Assembly (NCBI RefSeq): GCF_964204645.1
Contig: NC_134033.1
Coordinates: 1 to 64,000 of the forward strand
Reading direction: 5' to 3'
Length of the DNA: 64,000 nt
Origin: Tubulanus polymorphus
Lineage: Eukaryota; Animalia; Nemertea
Shown: positions 36,801 to 51,800 of the stretch, piece after piece
Layout: each line of letters starts with the position of its first letter
Position numbering within the stretch: the stretch's first letter is position 1
The notes under the pieces: generated by a model
Seen by the model: the letters and a program-made list of their open reading frames with translations, nothing else
The model's database searches: none
What the model was told of the DNA's origin: nothing
Program-made: the position numbers and the translations under genes

Positions 36801-39800
36801 AAGCATAAGTAGCAAGAAAATTCTGAATCTTTCCACCTATCTATTTGAAATCAGTTCAATACGCCTTAACCCATCTTTTCACATTGAATCCATCATCTTC
36901 AGAACCAAAAGCAGCCAGAAAATTCTGAATCTTTCCACCTATTTATTTTAAATCAGTTCAATAAGCCTTAACCCATCTTTTCAGATTGAATCCATCATCT
37001 TTAGAACCAAAAGCAGCCAGAAAATTCTGTTTCTTTCCACCTATCTATTTGAAATCAGTTCAATACGCCTTAACCCATCTTTTCACATTGATCCATCATC
37101 TTTAGAAACAAAAGCAGCCTGAAAATTCGGTTTCTTTCCACCTATCTATTTGAAATCAGTTCAATACGCCCTAACCCATCTTTTTAGATTGAATCCATCA
37201 TCTTCAGAACCAAAAGCAGCCAGAAAATTCTGATTCTCTCCACCTATCTATTTTAAATCAGTTCAAATAAGCCTTAACCCATCTTTTCAGATTGAATCCA
37301 TCATCTTTAGAACCAAAAGCAGCCAGAAAAGTCTGTTTCTTTCCACCTATCTATTTGAAATCAGTTCAATACGCCTTTACTCATCTTTTCAGATTGAATC
37401 CATCATCTTTAGAACCAAGAGCAGCCAGAAAATTCTGTTTCTTTCCACCTATCTATTTGAAATCAGTTCAATGCGCCTTAACCCATCTTTTCAGATTGAT
37501 TCCATCATCTTCAGAACCAAAAGCAGCCAGAAAATTATTATTCTTTCCACCTATTTATTTTAAATCAGTTCAATAAGCCTTAACCCATCTTTTCAGATTG
37601 AATCCATCATCATCTTTAAAACCAAAAGCAGCCAGAAAATTCTGTTTCTTTCCACCTATCTATTTGAAATCAGTTCAATACGCCTTTACTCATCTTTTCA
37701 GATTGAATCCATCAATTTCAGAAGCATAAGTAGCAAGAAAATTCTGAATCTTTCCACCTATCTATTTGAAATCAGTTCAATACGCCTTAACCCATCTTTT
37801 CACATTGAATCCATCATCTTCAGAACCAAAAGCAGCCAGAAAATTCTTATTCTTTCCACCTATTTATTTTAAATCAGTTCAATAAGCCTTAACCCATCTT
37901 TTCAGATTGAATCCATCATCTTTAGAACCAAAAGCAGCCAGAAAATTCTGTTTCTTACCACCTATCTATTTGAAATCAGTTCAATACGCCTTAACCCATC
38001 TTTTCACATTGATCCATCATCTTTAGAAACAAAAGCAGCCTGAAAATTCGGTTTCTTTCCACCTATCTATTTGAAATCAGTTCAATACGCCCTAACCCAT
38101 CTTTTCACATTGATCCATCATCTTTAGAAACAAAAGCAGCCTGAAAATTCGGTTTCTTTCCACCTATCTATTTGAAATCAGTTCAATACGCCCTAACCCA
38201 TCTTTTTAGATTGAATCCATCATCTTCAGAACCAAAAGCAGCCAGAAAATTCTGATTCTTTCCACCTATCTATTTTAAATCAGTTCAATAAGCCTTAACC
38301 CATCTTTTCAGATTGAATCCATCATCTTTAGAACCAAAAGCAGCCAGAAAAGTCTGTTTCTTTCCACCTATCTATTTGAAATCAGTTCAATACGCCTTTA
38401 CTCATCTTTTCAGATTGAATCCATCATCTTTAGAACCAAGAGCAGCCAGAAAATTCTGTTTCTTTCCACCTATCTATTTGAAATCAGTTCAATGCGCCTT
38501 AACCCATCTTTTCAGATTGATTCCATCATCTTCAGAACCAAAAGCAGCCAGAAAATTCTTATTCTTTCCACCTATTTATTTTAAATCAGTTCAATAAGCC
38601 TTAACCCATCTTTTCAGATTGAATCCATCATCATCTTTAAAACCAAAAGCAGCCAGAAAATTCTGTTTCTTTCCACCTATCTATTTGAAATCAGTTCAAT
38701 ACGCCTTTACTCATCTTTTCAGATTGAATCCATCAATTTCAGAAGCATAAGTAGCAAGAAAATTCTGAATCTTTCCACCTATCTATTTGAAATCAGTTCA
38801 ATACGCCTTAACCCATCTTTTCAGATTAAATCCATCATCTTCAGAACCGAAAGCAGCCAGAAAATTCTGATTCTTTCCACCTATCTATTTTAAATCAGTT
38901 CAATGCGCCTTAACCCATCTTTTCAGATTGAATCCATCATCTTCAGAACCAAAAGCAGCCAGAAAATTCTTATTCTTTCCACCTATTTATTTTAAATCAG
39001 TTCCATAAGCCTTAACCCATCTTTTCAGATTGAATCCATCATCTTTAGAACCAAAAGCAGCCAGAAAATTCTGTTTCTTTCCACCTATCTACTTGAAATC
39101 AGTTCAATACACCCAAACCCATCAATTAAGATAGAATTCATCATCTTTAGAACCATATTTAGCTAGAAAAATCTGTATCTTTCAACCCATCTACTCGAAA
39201 TAAGTTCAGCTTACCTTATCCTATCATTTCAGATCGAGTCTATCATCTTCAGAACCAAACGCAGCCAGAAAATTCTGATTCTTTCAACCTATCTATTTGA
39301 AATCAGTTCAATACGCCTTTCCTTATCTTTTCAGATTGAATCCATCAATTTCAGAAGCATAAGTAGCAAGAAAATTCTGAATCTTTCCACCTATCTATTT
39401 GAAATCAGTTCAATACGCCTTAACCCATCTTTTCAGATTGAATCCATCATCTTCAGAACCAAAAGCAGCCAGAAAATTCTGTTTCTTTCCACCTACCTAT
39501 TTGAAATCAGTTCAATACGCCTTAACCCACCTTTTCACATTGATCCATCATCTTTAGAAACAAAAGCAGCCAGAAAATTCTGTTTCTTTCCACCTATCTA
39601 TTTGAAATCAGTTCAATACGCCCTAACCCATCTTTTCAGATTGAATCCATCATCTTCAGAACCAAAAGCAGCCAGAAAATTCTGATTCTTTCCACCTATC
39701 TATTTTAAATCAGTTCAATAAGCCTTAACCCATCTTTTCAGATTGAATCCATCATCTTTAGAACCAAAAGCAGCCAGAAAAGGCTGTTTCTTTCCACCTA

Positions 39801-42800
39801 TCTATTTGAAATCAGTTCAATACGCCTTTACTCATCTTTTCAGATTGAATCCATCATCTTTAGAACCAAGAGCAGCCAGAAAATTCTGTTTCTTTCCACC
39901 TATCTATTTGAAATCAGTTCAATACGCCTTTACTCATCTTTTCAGATTGAATCCATCAATTTCAGAAGCATAAGTAGCAAGAAAATTCTGAATCTTTCCA
40001 CCTATCTATTTGAAATCAGTTCAATACGCCTTAACCCATCTTTTCACATTGAATCCATCATCTTCAGAACCGAAAGCAGCCAGAAAATTCTGATTCTTTC
40101 CACCTATCTATTTTAAATCAGTTCAATGCGCCTTAACCCATCTTTTCAGATTGAATCCATCATCTTCAGAACCGAAAGCAGCTAGAAAATTCTTATTCTT
40201 TCCACCTATTTATTTGAAATCAGTTCAATGCGCCTTAACCCATCTTTTCAGATTGAATCCATCATCTTTAGAACCATATTTAGCTAGAAAAATCTGTATC
40301 TTTCAACCCATCTACTCGAAATAAGTTCAGTTTACCTTATCCTATCATTTCAGATCGAGTCTATCATCTTCAGAACCAAATGCAGCCAGAAAATTCTGAA
40401 TCTTTCCACCTATCTATTTGAAATCAGTTCAATACGCCTTAACCCATCTTTTCACATTGATCCATCATCTTTAGAAACAAAAGCAGCCAGAAAATTCTGT
40501 TTCTTTCCACCTATCTATTTGAAATCAGTTCAATACGACTTAACCCATCTTTTCCGATTGAATCCATCATCTTCAGAACCAAAAGCAGCCAGAAAATTCT
40601 TATTCTTTCCACCTATTTATTTTAAATCAGTTCAATAAGCCTTAACCCATCTTTTCAGATTGAATCCATCATCATCTTTAAAACCAAAAGCAGCCAGAAA
40701 ATTCTGTTTCTTTCCACCTATCTATTTGAAATCAGTTCAATACGCCTTTACTCATCTTTTCAGATTGAATCCATCAATTTCAGAAGCATAAGTAGCAAGA
40801 AAATTCTGAATCTTTCCACCTATCTATTTGAAATCAGTTCAATACGCCTTAACCCATCTTTTCAGATTAAATCCATCATCTTCAGAACCGAAAGCAGCCA
40901 GAAAATTCTGATTCTTTCCACCTATCTATTTTAAATCAGTTCAATGCGCCTTAACCCATCTTTTCAGATTGAATCCATCATCTTCAGAACCAAAAGCAGC
41001 CAGAAAATTCTTATTCTTTCCACCTATTTATTTTAAATCAGTTCCATAAGCCTTAACCCATCTTTTCAGATTGAATCCATCATCTTTAGAACCAAAAGCA
41101 GCCAGAAAATTCTGTTTCTTTCCACCTATCTACTTGAAATCAGTTCAATACACCCAAACCCATCAATTAAGATAGAATTCATCATCTTTAGAACCATATT
41201 TAGCTAGAAAAATCTGTATCTTTCAACCCATCTACTCGAAATAAGTTCAGCTTACCTTATCCTATCATTTCAGATCGAGTCTATCATCTTCAGAACCAAA
41301 CGCAGCCAGAAAATTCTGATTCTTTCAACCTATCTATTTGAAATCAGTTCAATACGCCTTTCCTTATCTTTTCAGATTGAATCCATCAATTTCAGAAGCA
41401 TAAGTAGCAAGAAAATTCTGAATCTTTCCACCTATCTATTTGAAATCAGTTCAATACGCCTTAACCCATCTTTTCAGATTGAATCCATCATCTTCAGAAC
41501 CAAAAGCAGCCAGAAAATTCTGTTTCTTTCCACCTACCTATTTGAAATCAGTTCAATACGCCTTAACCCACCGTTTCACATTGATCCATCATCTTTAGAA
41601 ACAAAAGCAGCCAGAAAATTCTGTTTCTTTCCACCTATCTATTTGAAATCAGTTCAATACGCCCTAACCCATCTTTTCAGATTAAATCCATCATCTTCAG
41701 AACCGAAAGCAGCCAGAAAATTCTGATTCTTTCCACCTATCTATTTTAAATCAGTTCAATGCGCCTTAACCCATCTTTTCAGATTGAATCCATCATCTTC
41801 AGAACCAAAAGCAGCCAGAAAATTCTTATTCTTTCCACCTATTTATTTTAAATCAGTTCCATAAGCCTTAACCCATCTTTTCAGATTGAATCCATCATCT
41901 TTAGAACCAAAAGCAGCCAGAAAATTCTGATTCTTTCCACCTATCTATTTTAAATCAGTTCAATGCGCCTTAACCCATCTTTTCAGATTGAATCCATCAT
42001 CTTCAGAACCAAAAGCAGCCAGAAAATTCTGATTCTTTCCACCTATCTATTTGAAATCAGTTCAATACACCCAAACCCATCAATTAAGATAGAATTCATC
42101 ATCTTTAGAACCATATTTAGCTAGAAAAATCTGTATCTTTCAACCCATCTACTCGAAATAAGTTCAGCTTACCTTATCCTATCATTTCAGATCGAGTCTA
42201 TCATCTTCAGAACCAAACGCAGCCAGAAAATTCTGATTCTTTCAACCTATCTATTTTAAATCAGTTCAATACGCCTTTCCTTATCTTTTCAGATTGAATC
42301 CATCAATTTCAGAAGCATAAGTAGCAAGAAAATTCTGAATCTTTCCACCTATCTATTTGAAATCAGTTCAATACGCCTTAACCCATCTTTTCAGCCTGAA
42401 TCCATCATCTTCAGAACCGAAAGCAGCCAGAAAATTCTTATTCTTTCCACCTATTTATTTGAAATCAGTTCAATGCGCCTTAACCCATCTTTTCAGATTG
42501 AATCCATCATCTTTAGAACCATATTTAGCTAGAAAAATCTGTATCTTTCAACCCATCTACTCGAAATAAGTTCAGTTTACCTTATCCTATCATTTCAGAT
42601 CGAGTCTATCATCTTCAGAACCAAATGCAGCCAGAAAATTCTGAATCTTTCCACCTATCTATTTGAAATCAGTTCAATACGCCTTAACCCATCTTTTCAC
42701 ATTGATCCATCATCTTTAGAAACAAAAGCAGCCAGAAAATTCTGTTTCTTTCCACCTATCTATTTGAAATCAGTTCAATACGACTTAACCCATCTTTTCC

Positions 42801-45800
42801 GATTGAATCCATCATCTTCAGAACCAAAAGCAGCCAGAAAATTCTTATTCTTTCCACCTATTTATTTTAAATCAGTTCAATAAGCCTTAACCCATCTTTT
42901 CAGATTGAATCCATCATCATCTTTAAAACCAAAAGCAGCCAGAAAATTCTGTTTCTTTCCACCTATCTATTTGAAATCAGTTCAATACGCCTTTACTCAT
43001 CTTTTCAGATTGAATCCATCAATTTCAGAAGCATAAGTAGCAAGAAAATTCTGAATCTTTCCACCTATCTATTTGAAATCAGTTCAATACGCCTTAACCC
43101 ATCTTTTCAGATTAAATCCATCATCTTCAGAACCGAAAGCAGCCAGAAAATTCTGATTCTTTCCACCTATCTATTTTAAATCAGTTCAATGCGCCTTAAC
43201 CCATCTTTTCAGATTGAATCCATCATCTTCAGAACCAAAAGCAGCCAGAAAATTCTTATTCTTTCCACCTATTTATTTTAAATCAGTTCCATAAGCCTTA
43301 ACCCATCTTTTCAGATTGAATCCATCATCTTTAGAACCAAAAGCAGCCAGAAAATTCTGTTTCTTTCCACCTATCTACTTGAAATCAGTTCAATACACCC
43401 AAACCCATCAATTAAGATAGAATTCATCATCTTTAGAACCATATTTAGCTAGAAAAATCTGTATCTTTCAACCCATCTACTCGAAATAAGTTCAGCTTAC
43501 CTTATCCTATCATTTCAGATCGAGTCTATCATCTTCAGAACCAAACGCAGCCAGAAAATTCTGATTCTTTCAACCTATCTATTTGAAATCAGTTCAATAC
43601 GCCTTTCCTTATCTTTTCAGATTGAATCCATCAATTTCAGAAGCATAAGTAGCAAGAAAATTCTGAATCTTTCCACCTATCTATTTGAAATCAGTTCAAT
43701 ACGCCTTAACCCATCTTTTCAGATTGAATCCATCATCTTCAGAACCAAAAGCAGCCAGAAAATTCTGTTTCTTTCCACCTACCTATTTGAAATCAGTTCA
43801 ATACGCCTTAACCCACCGTTTCACATTGATCCATCATCTTTAGAAACAAAAGCAGCCAGAAAATTCTGTTTCTTTCCACCTATCTATTTGAAATCAGTTC
43901 AATACGCCCTAACCCATCTTTTCAGATTAAATCCATCATCTTCAGAACCGAAAGCAGCCAGAAAATTCTGATTCTTTCCACCTATCTATTTTAAATCAGT
44001 TCAATGCGCCTTAACCCATCTTTTCAGATTGAATCCATCATCTTCAGAACCAAAAGCAGCCAGAAAATTCTTATTCTTTCCACCTATTTATTTTAAATCA
44101 GTTCCATAAGCCTTAACCCATCTTTTCAGATTGAATCCATCATCTTTAGAACCAAAAGCAGCCAGAAAATTCTGATTCTTTCCACCTATCTATTTTAAAT
44201 CAGTTCAATGCGCCTTAACCCATCTTTTCAGATTGAATCCATCATCTTCAGAACCAAAAGCAGCCAGAAAATTCTGATTCTTTCCACCTATCTATTTGAA
44301 ATCAGTTCAATACACCCAAACCCATCAATTAAGATAGAATTCATCATCTTTAGAACCATATTTAGCTAGAAAAATCTGTATCTTTCAACCCATCTACTCG
44401 AAATAAGTTCAGCTTACCTTATCCTATCATTTCAGATCGAGTCTATCATCTTCAGAACCAAACGCAGCCAGAAAATTCTGATTCTTTCAACCTATCTATT
44501 TTAAATCAGTTCAATACGCCTTTCCTTATCTTTTCAGATTGAATCCATCAATTTCAGAAGCATAAGTAGCAAGAAAATTCTGAATCTTTCCACCTATCTA
44601 TTTGAAATCAGTTCAATACGCCTTAACCCATCTTTTCAGATTGAATCCATCATCTTCAGAACCAAAAGCAGCCAGAAAATTCTGTTTCTTTCCACCTACC
44701 TATTTGAAATCAGTTCAATACGCCTTAACCCACCTTTTCACATTGATCCATCATCTTTAGAAACAAAAGCAGCCAGAAAATTCTGTTTCTTTCCACCTAT
44801 CTATTTGAAATCAGTTCAATACGCCCTAACCCATCTTTTCAGATTGAATCCATCATCTTCAGAACCAAAAGCAGCCAGAAAATTCTGATTCTTTCCACCT
44901 ATCTATTTTAAATCAGTTCAATAAGCCTTAACCCATCTTTTCAGATTGAATCCATCATCTTTAGAACCAAAAGCAGCCAGAAAAGGCTGTTTCTTTCCAC
45001 CTATCTATTTGAAATCAGTTCAATACGCCTTTACTCATCTTTTCAGATTGAATCCATCATCTTTAGAACCAAGAGCAGCCAGAAAATTCTGTTTCTTTCC
45101 ACCTATCTATTTGAAATCAGTTCAATACGCCTTTACTCATCTTTTCAGATTGAATCCATCAATTTCAGAAGCATAAGTAGCAAGAAAATTCTGAATCTTT
45201 CCACCTATCTATTTGAAATCAGTTCAATACGCCTTAACCCATCTTTTCACATTGAATCCATCATCTTCAGAACCAAAAGCAGCCAGAAAATTCTTATTCT
45301 TTCCACCTATTTATTTTAAATCAGTTCAATAAGCCTTAACCCATCTTTTCAGATTGAATCCATCATCTTTAGAACCAAAAGCAGCCAGAAAATTCTGTTT
45401 CTTTCCACCTATCTATTTGAAATCAGTTCAATACGCCTTAACCCATCTTTTCACATTGATCCATCATCTTTAGAAACAAAAGCAGCCTGAAAATTCGGTT
45501 TCTTTCCACCTATCTATTTGAAATCAGTTCAATACGCCCTAACCCATCTTTTTAGATTGAATCCATCATCTTCAGAACCAAAAGCAGCCAGAAAATTCTG
45601 ATTCTCTCCACCTATCTATTTTAAATCAGTTCAAATAAGCCTTAACCCATCTTTTCAGATTGAATCCATCATCTTTAGAACCAAAAGCAGCCAGAAAAGT
45701 CTGTTTCTTTCCACCTATCTATTTGAAATCAGTTCAATACGCCTTTACTCATCTTTTCAGATTGAATCCATCATCTTTAGAACCAAGAGCAGCCAGAAAA

Positions 45801-48800
45801 TTCTGTTTCTTTCCACCTATCTATTTGAAATCAGTTCAATGCGCCTTAACCCATCTTTTCAGATTGATTCCATCATCTTCAGAACCAAAAGCAGCCAGAA
45901 AATTCTTATTCTTTCCACCTATTTATTTTAAATCAGTTCAATAAGCCTTAACCCATCTTTTCAGATTGAATCCATCATCATCTTTAAAACCAAAAGCAGC
46001 CAGAAAATTCTGTTTCTTTCCACCTATCTATTTGAAATCAGTTCAATACGCCTTTACTCATCTTTTCAGATTGAATCCATCAATTTCAGAAGCATAAGTA
46101 GCAAGAAAATTCTGAATCTTTCCACCTATCTATTTGAAATCAGTTCAATACGCCTTAACCCATCTTTTCACATTGAATCCATCATCTTCAGAACCAAAAG
46201 CAGCCAGAAAATTCTTATTCTTTCCACCTATTTATTTTAAATCAGTTCAATAAGCCTTAACCCATCTTTTCAGATTGAATCCATCATCTTTAGAACCAAA
46301 AGCAGCCAGAAAATTCTGTTTCTTTCCACCTATCTATTTGAAATCAGTTCAATACGCCTTAACCCATCTTTTCACATTGATCCATCATCTTTAGAAACAA
46401 AAGCAGCCTGAAAATTCGGTTTCTTTCCACCTATCTATTTGAAATCAGTTCAATACGCCCTAACCCATCTTTTTAGATTGAATCCATCATCTTCAGAACC
46501 AAAAGCAGCCAGAAAATTCTGATTCTTTCCACCTATCTATTTTAAATCAGTTCAATAAGCCTTAACCCATCTTTTCAGATTGAATCCATCATCTTTAGAA
46601 CCAAAAGCAGCCAGAAAAGTCTGTTTCTTTCCACCTATCTATTTGAAATCAGTTCAATACGCCTTTACTCATCTTTTCAGATTGAATCCATCATCTTTAG
46701 AACCAAGAGCAGCCAGAAAATTCTGTTTCTTTCCACCTATCTATTTGAAATCAGTTCAATGCGCCTTAACCCATCTTTTCAGATTGATTCCATCATCTTC
46801 AGAACCAAAAGCAGCCAGAAAATTCTTATTCTTTCCACCTATTTATTTTAAATCAGTTCAATAAGCCTTAACCCATCTTTTCAGATTGAATCCATCATCA
46901 TCTTTAAAACCAAAAGCAGCCAGAAAATTCTGTTTCTTTCCACCTATCTATTTGAAATCAGTTCAATACGCCTTTACTCATCTTTTCAGATTGAATCCAT
47001 CAATTTCAGAAGCATAAGTAGCAAGAAAATTCTGAATCTTTCCACCTATCTATTTGAAATCAGTTCAATACGCCTTAACCCATCTTTTCAGATTAAATCC
47101 ATCATCTTCAGAACCGAAAGCAGCCAGAAAATTCTGATTCTTTCCACCTATCTATTTTAAATCAGTTCAATGCGCCTTAACCCATCTTTTCAGATTGAAT
47201 CCATCATCTTCAGAACCAAAAGCAGCCAGAAAATTCTTATTCTTTCCACCTATTTATTTTAAATCAGTTCCATAAGCCTTAACCCATCTTTTCAGATTGA
47301 ATCCATCATCTTTAGAACCAAAAGCAGCCAGAAAATTCTGTTTCTTTCCACCTATCTACTTGAAATCAGTTCAATACACCCAAACCCATCAATTAAGATA
47401 GAATTCATCATCTTTAGAACCATATTTAGCTAGAAAAATCTGTATCTTTCAACCCATCTACTCGAAATAAGTTCAGCTTACCTTATCCTATCATTTCAGA
47501 TCGAGTCTATCATCTTCAGAACCAAACGCAGCCAGAAAATTCTGATTCTTTCAACCTATCTATTTGAAATCAGTTCAATACGCCTTTCCTTATCTTTTCA
47601 GATTGAATCCATCAATTTCAGAAGCATAAGTAGCAAGAAAATTCTGAATCTTTCCACCTATCTATTTGAAATCAGTTCAATACGCCTTAACCCATCTTTT
47701 CAGATTGAATCCATCATCTTCAGAACCAAAAGCAGCCAGAAAATTCTGTTTCTTTCCACCTACCTATTTGAAATCAGTTCAATACGCCTTAACCCACCTT
47801 TTCACATTGATCCATCATCTTTAGAAACAAAAGCAGCCAGAAAATTCTGTTTCTTTCCACCTATCTATTTGAAATCAGTTCAATACGCCCTAACCCATCT
47901 TTTCAGATTGAATCCATCATCTTCAGAACCAAAAGCAGCCAGAAAATTCTGATTCTTTCCACCTATCTATTTTAAATCAGTTCAATAAGCCTTAACCCAT
48001 CTTTTCAGATTGAATCCATCATCTTTAGAACCAAAAGCAGCCAGAAAAGGCTGTTTCTTTCCACCTATCTATTTGAAATCAGTTCAATACGCCTTTACTC
48101 ATCTTTTCAGATTGAATCCATCAATTTCAGAAGCATAAGTAGCAAGAAAATTCTGAATCTTTCCACCTATCTATTTGAAATCAGTTCAATACGCCTTAAC
48201 CCATCTTTTCACATTGAATCCATCATCTTCAGAACCAAAAGCAGCCAGAAAATTCTTATTCTTTCCACCTATTTATTTTAAATCAGTTCAATAAGCCTTA
48301 ACCCATCTTTTCAGATTGAATCCATCATCTTTAGAACCAAAAGCAGCCAGAAAATTCTGTTTCTTTCCACCTATCTATTTGAAATCAGTTCAATACGCCT
48401 TAACCCATCTTTTCACATTGATCCATCATCTTTAGAAACAAAAGCAGCCTGAAAATTCGGTTTCTTTCCACCTATCTATTTGAAATCAGTTCAATACGCC
48501 CTAACCCATCTTTTTAGATTGAATCCATCATCTTCAGAACCAAAAGCAGCCAGAAAATTCTGATTCTCTCCACCTATCTATTTTAAATCAGTTCAATAAG
48601 CCTTAACCCATCTTTTCAGATTGAATCCATCATCTTTAGAACCAAAAGCAGCCAGAAAAGTCTGTTTCTTTCCACCTATCTATTTGAAATCAGTTCAATA
48701 CGCCTTTACTCATCTTTTCAGATTGAATCCATCATCTTTAGAACCAAGAGCAGCCAGAAAATTCTGTTTCTTTCCACCTATCTATTTGAAATCAGTTCAA

Positions 48801-51800
48801 TGCGCCTTAACCCATCTTTTCAGATTGATTCCATCATCCTCAGAACCAAAAGCAGCCAGAAAATTCTTATTCTTTCCACCTATTTATTTTAAATCAGTTC
48901 AATAAGCCTTAACCCATCTTTTCAGATTGAATCCATCATCATCTTTAAAACCAAAAGCAGCCAGAAAATTCTGTTTCTTTCCACCTATCTATTTGAAATC
49001 AGTTCAATACGCCTTTACTCATCTTTTCAGATTGAATCCATCAATTTCAGAAGCATAAGTAGCAAGAAAATTCTGAATCTTTCCACCTATCTATTTGAAA
49101 TCAGTTCAATACGCCTTAACCCATCTTTTCACATTGAATCCATCATCTTCAGAACCAAAAGCAGCCAGAAAATTCTTATTCTTTCCACCTATTTATTTTA
49201 AATCAGTTCAATAAGCCTTAACCCATCTTTTCAGATTGAATCCATCATCTTTAGAACCAAAAGCAGCCAGAAAATTCTGTTTCTTTCCACCTATCTATTT
49301 GAAATCAGTTCAATACGCCTTAACCCATCTTTTCACATTGATCCATCATCTTTAGAAACAAAAGCAGCCTGAAAATTCGGTTTCTTTCCACCTATCTATT
49401 TGAAATCAGTTCAATACGCCCTAACCCATCTTTTTAGATTGAATCCATCATCTTCAGAACCAAAAGCAGCCAGAAACTTCTGATTCTTTCCACCTATCTA
49501 TTTTAAATCAGTTCAATAAGCCTTAACCCATCTTTTCAGATTGAATCCATCATCTTTAGAACCAAAAGCAGCCAGAAAAGTCTGTTTCTTTCCACCTATC
49601 TATTTGAAATCAGTTCAATACGCCTTTACTCATCTTTTCAGATTGAATCCATCATCTTTAGAACCAAGAGCAGCCAGAAAATTCTGTTTCTTTCCACCTA
49701 TCTATTTGAAATCAGTTCAATGCGCCTTAACCCATCTTTTCAGATTGATTCCATCATCTTCAGAACCAAAAGCAGCCAGAAAATTCTTATTCTTTCCACC
49801 TATTTATTTTAAATCAGTTCAATAAGCCTTAACCCATCTTTTCAGATTGAATCCATCATCATCTTTAAAACCAAAAGCAGCCAGAAAATTCTGTTTCTTT
49901 CCACCTATCTATTTGAAATCAGTTCAATACGCCTTTACTCATCTTTTCAGATTGAATCCATCAATTTCAGAAGCATAAGTAGCAAGAAAATTCTGAATCT
50001 TTCCACCTATCTATTTGAAATCAGTTCAATACGCCTTAACCCATCTTTTCAGATTGAATCCATCATCTTCAGAACCGAAAGCAGCCAGAAAATTCTGATT
50101 CTTTCCACCTATCTATTTTAAATCAGTTCAATGCGCCTTAACCCATCTTTTCAGCCTGAATCCATCATCTTCAGAACCGAAAGCAGCTAGAAAATTCTTA
50201 TTCTTTCCACCTATTTATTTGAAATCAGTTCAATGCGCCTTAACCCATCTTTTCAGATTGAATCCATCATCTTTAGAACCATATTTAGCTAGAAAAATCT
50301 GTATCTTTCAACCCATCTACTCGAAATAAGTTCAGTTTACCTTATCCTATCATTTCAGATCGAGTCTATCATCTTCAGAACCAAATGCAGCCAGAAAATT
50401 CTGAATCTTTCCACCTATCTATTTGAAATCAGTTCAATACGCCTTAACCCATCTTTTCACATTGATCCATCATCTTTAGAAACAAAAGCAGCCAGAAAAT
50501 TCTGTTTCTTTCCACCTATCTATTTGAAATCAGTTCAATACGACTTAACCCATCTTTTCCGATTGAATCCATCATCTTCAGAACCAAAAGCAGCCAGAAA
50601 ATTCTTATTCTTTCCACCTATTTATTTTAAATCAGTTCAATAAGCCTTAACCCATCTTTTCAGATTGAATCCATCATCATCTTTAAAACCAAAAGCAGCC
50701 AGAAAATTCTGTTTCTTTCCACCTATCTATTTGAAATCAGTTCAATACGCCTTTACTCATCTTTTCAGATTGAATCCATCAATTTCAGAAGCATAAGTAG
50801 CAAGAAAATTCTGAATCTTTCCACCTATCTATTTGAAATCAGTTCAATACGCCTTAACCCATCTTTTCAGATTAAATCCATCATCTTCAGAACCGAAAGC
50901 AGCCAGAAAATTCTGATTCTTTCCACCTATCTATTTTAAATCAGTTCAATGCGCCTTAACCCATCTTTTCAGATTGAATCCATCATCTTCAGAACCAAAA
51001 GCAGCCAGAAAATTCTTATTCTTTCCACCTATTTATTTTAAATCAGTTCCATAAGCCTTAACCCATCTTTTCAGATTGAATCCATCATCTTTAGAACCAA
51101 AAGCAGCCAGAAAATTCTGTTTCTTTCCACCTATCTACTTGAAATCAGTTCAATACACCCAAACCCATCAATTAAGATAGAATTCATCATCTTTAGAACC
51201 ATATTTAGCTAGAAAAATCTGTATCTTTCAACCCATCTACTCGAAATAAGTTCAGCTTACCTTATCCTATCATTTCAGATCGAGTCTATCATCTTCAGAA
51301 CCAAACGCAGCCAGAAAATTCTGATTCTTTCAACCTATCTATTTGAAATCAGTTCAATACGCCTTTCCTTATCTTTTCAGATTGAATCCATCAATTTCAG
51401 AAGCATAAGTAGCAAGAAAATTCTGAATCTTTCCACCTATCTATTTGAAATCAGTTCAATACGCCTTAACCCATCTTTTCAGATTGAATCCATCATCTTC
51501 AGAACCAAAAGCAGCCAGAAAATTCTGTTTCTTTCCACCTACCTATTTGAAATCAGTTCAATACGCCTTAACCCACCGTTTCACATTGATCCATCATCTT
51601 TAGAAACAAAAGCAGCCAGAAAATTCTGTTTCTTTCCACCTATCTATTTGAAATCAGTTCAATACGCCCTAACCCATCTTTTCAGATTGAATCCATCATC
51701 TTCAGAACCAAAAGCAGCCAGAAAATTCTGATTCTTTCCACCTATCTATTTGAAATCAGTTCAATACGCCTTTACTCATCTTTTCAGATTGAATCCATCA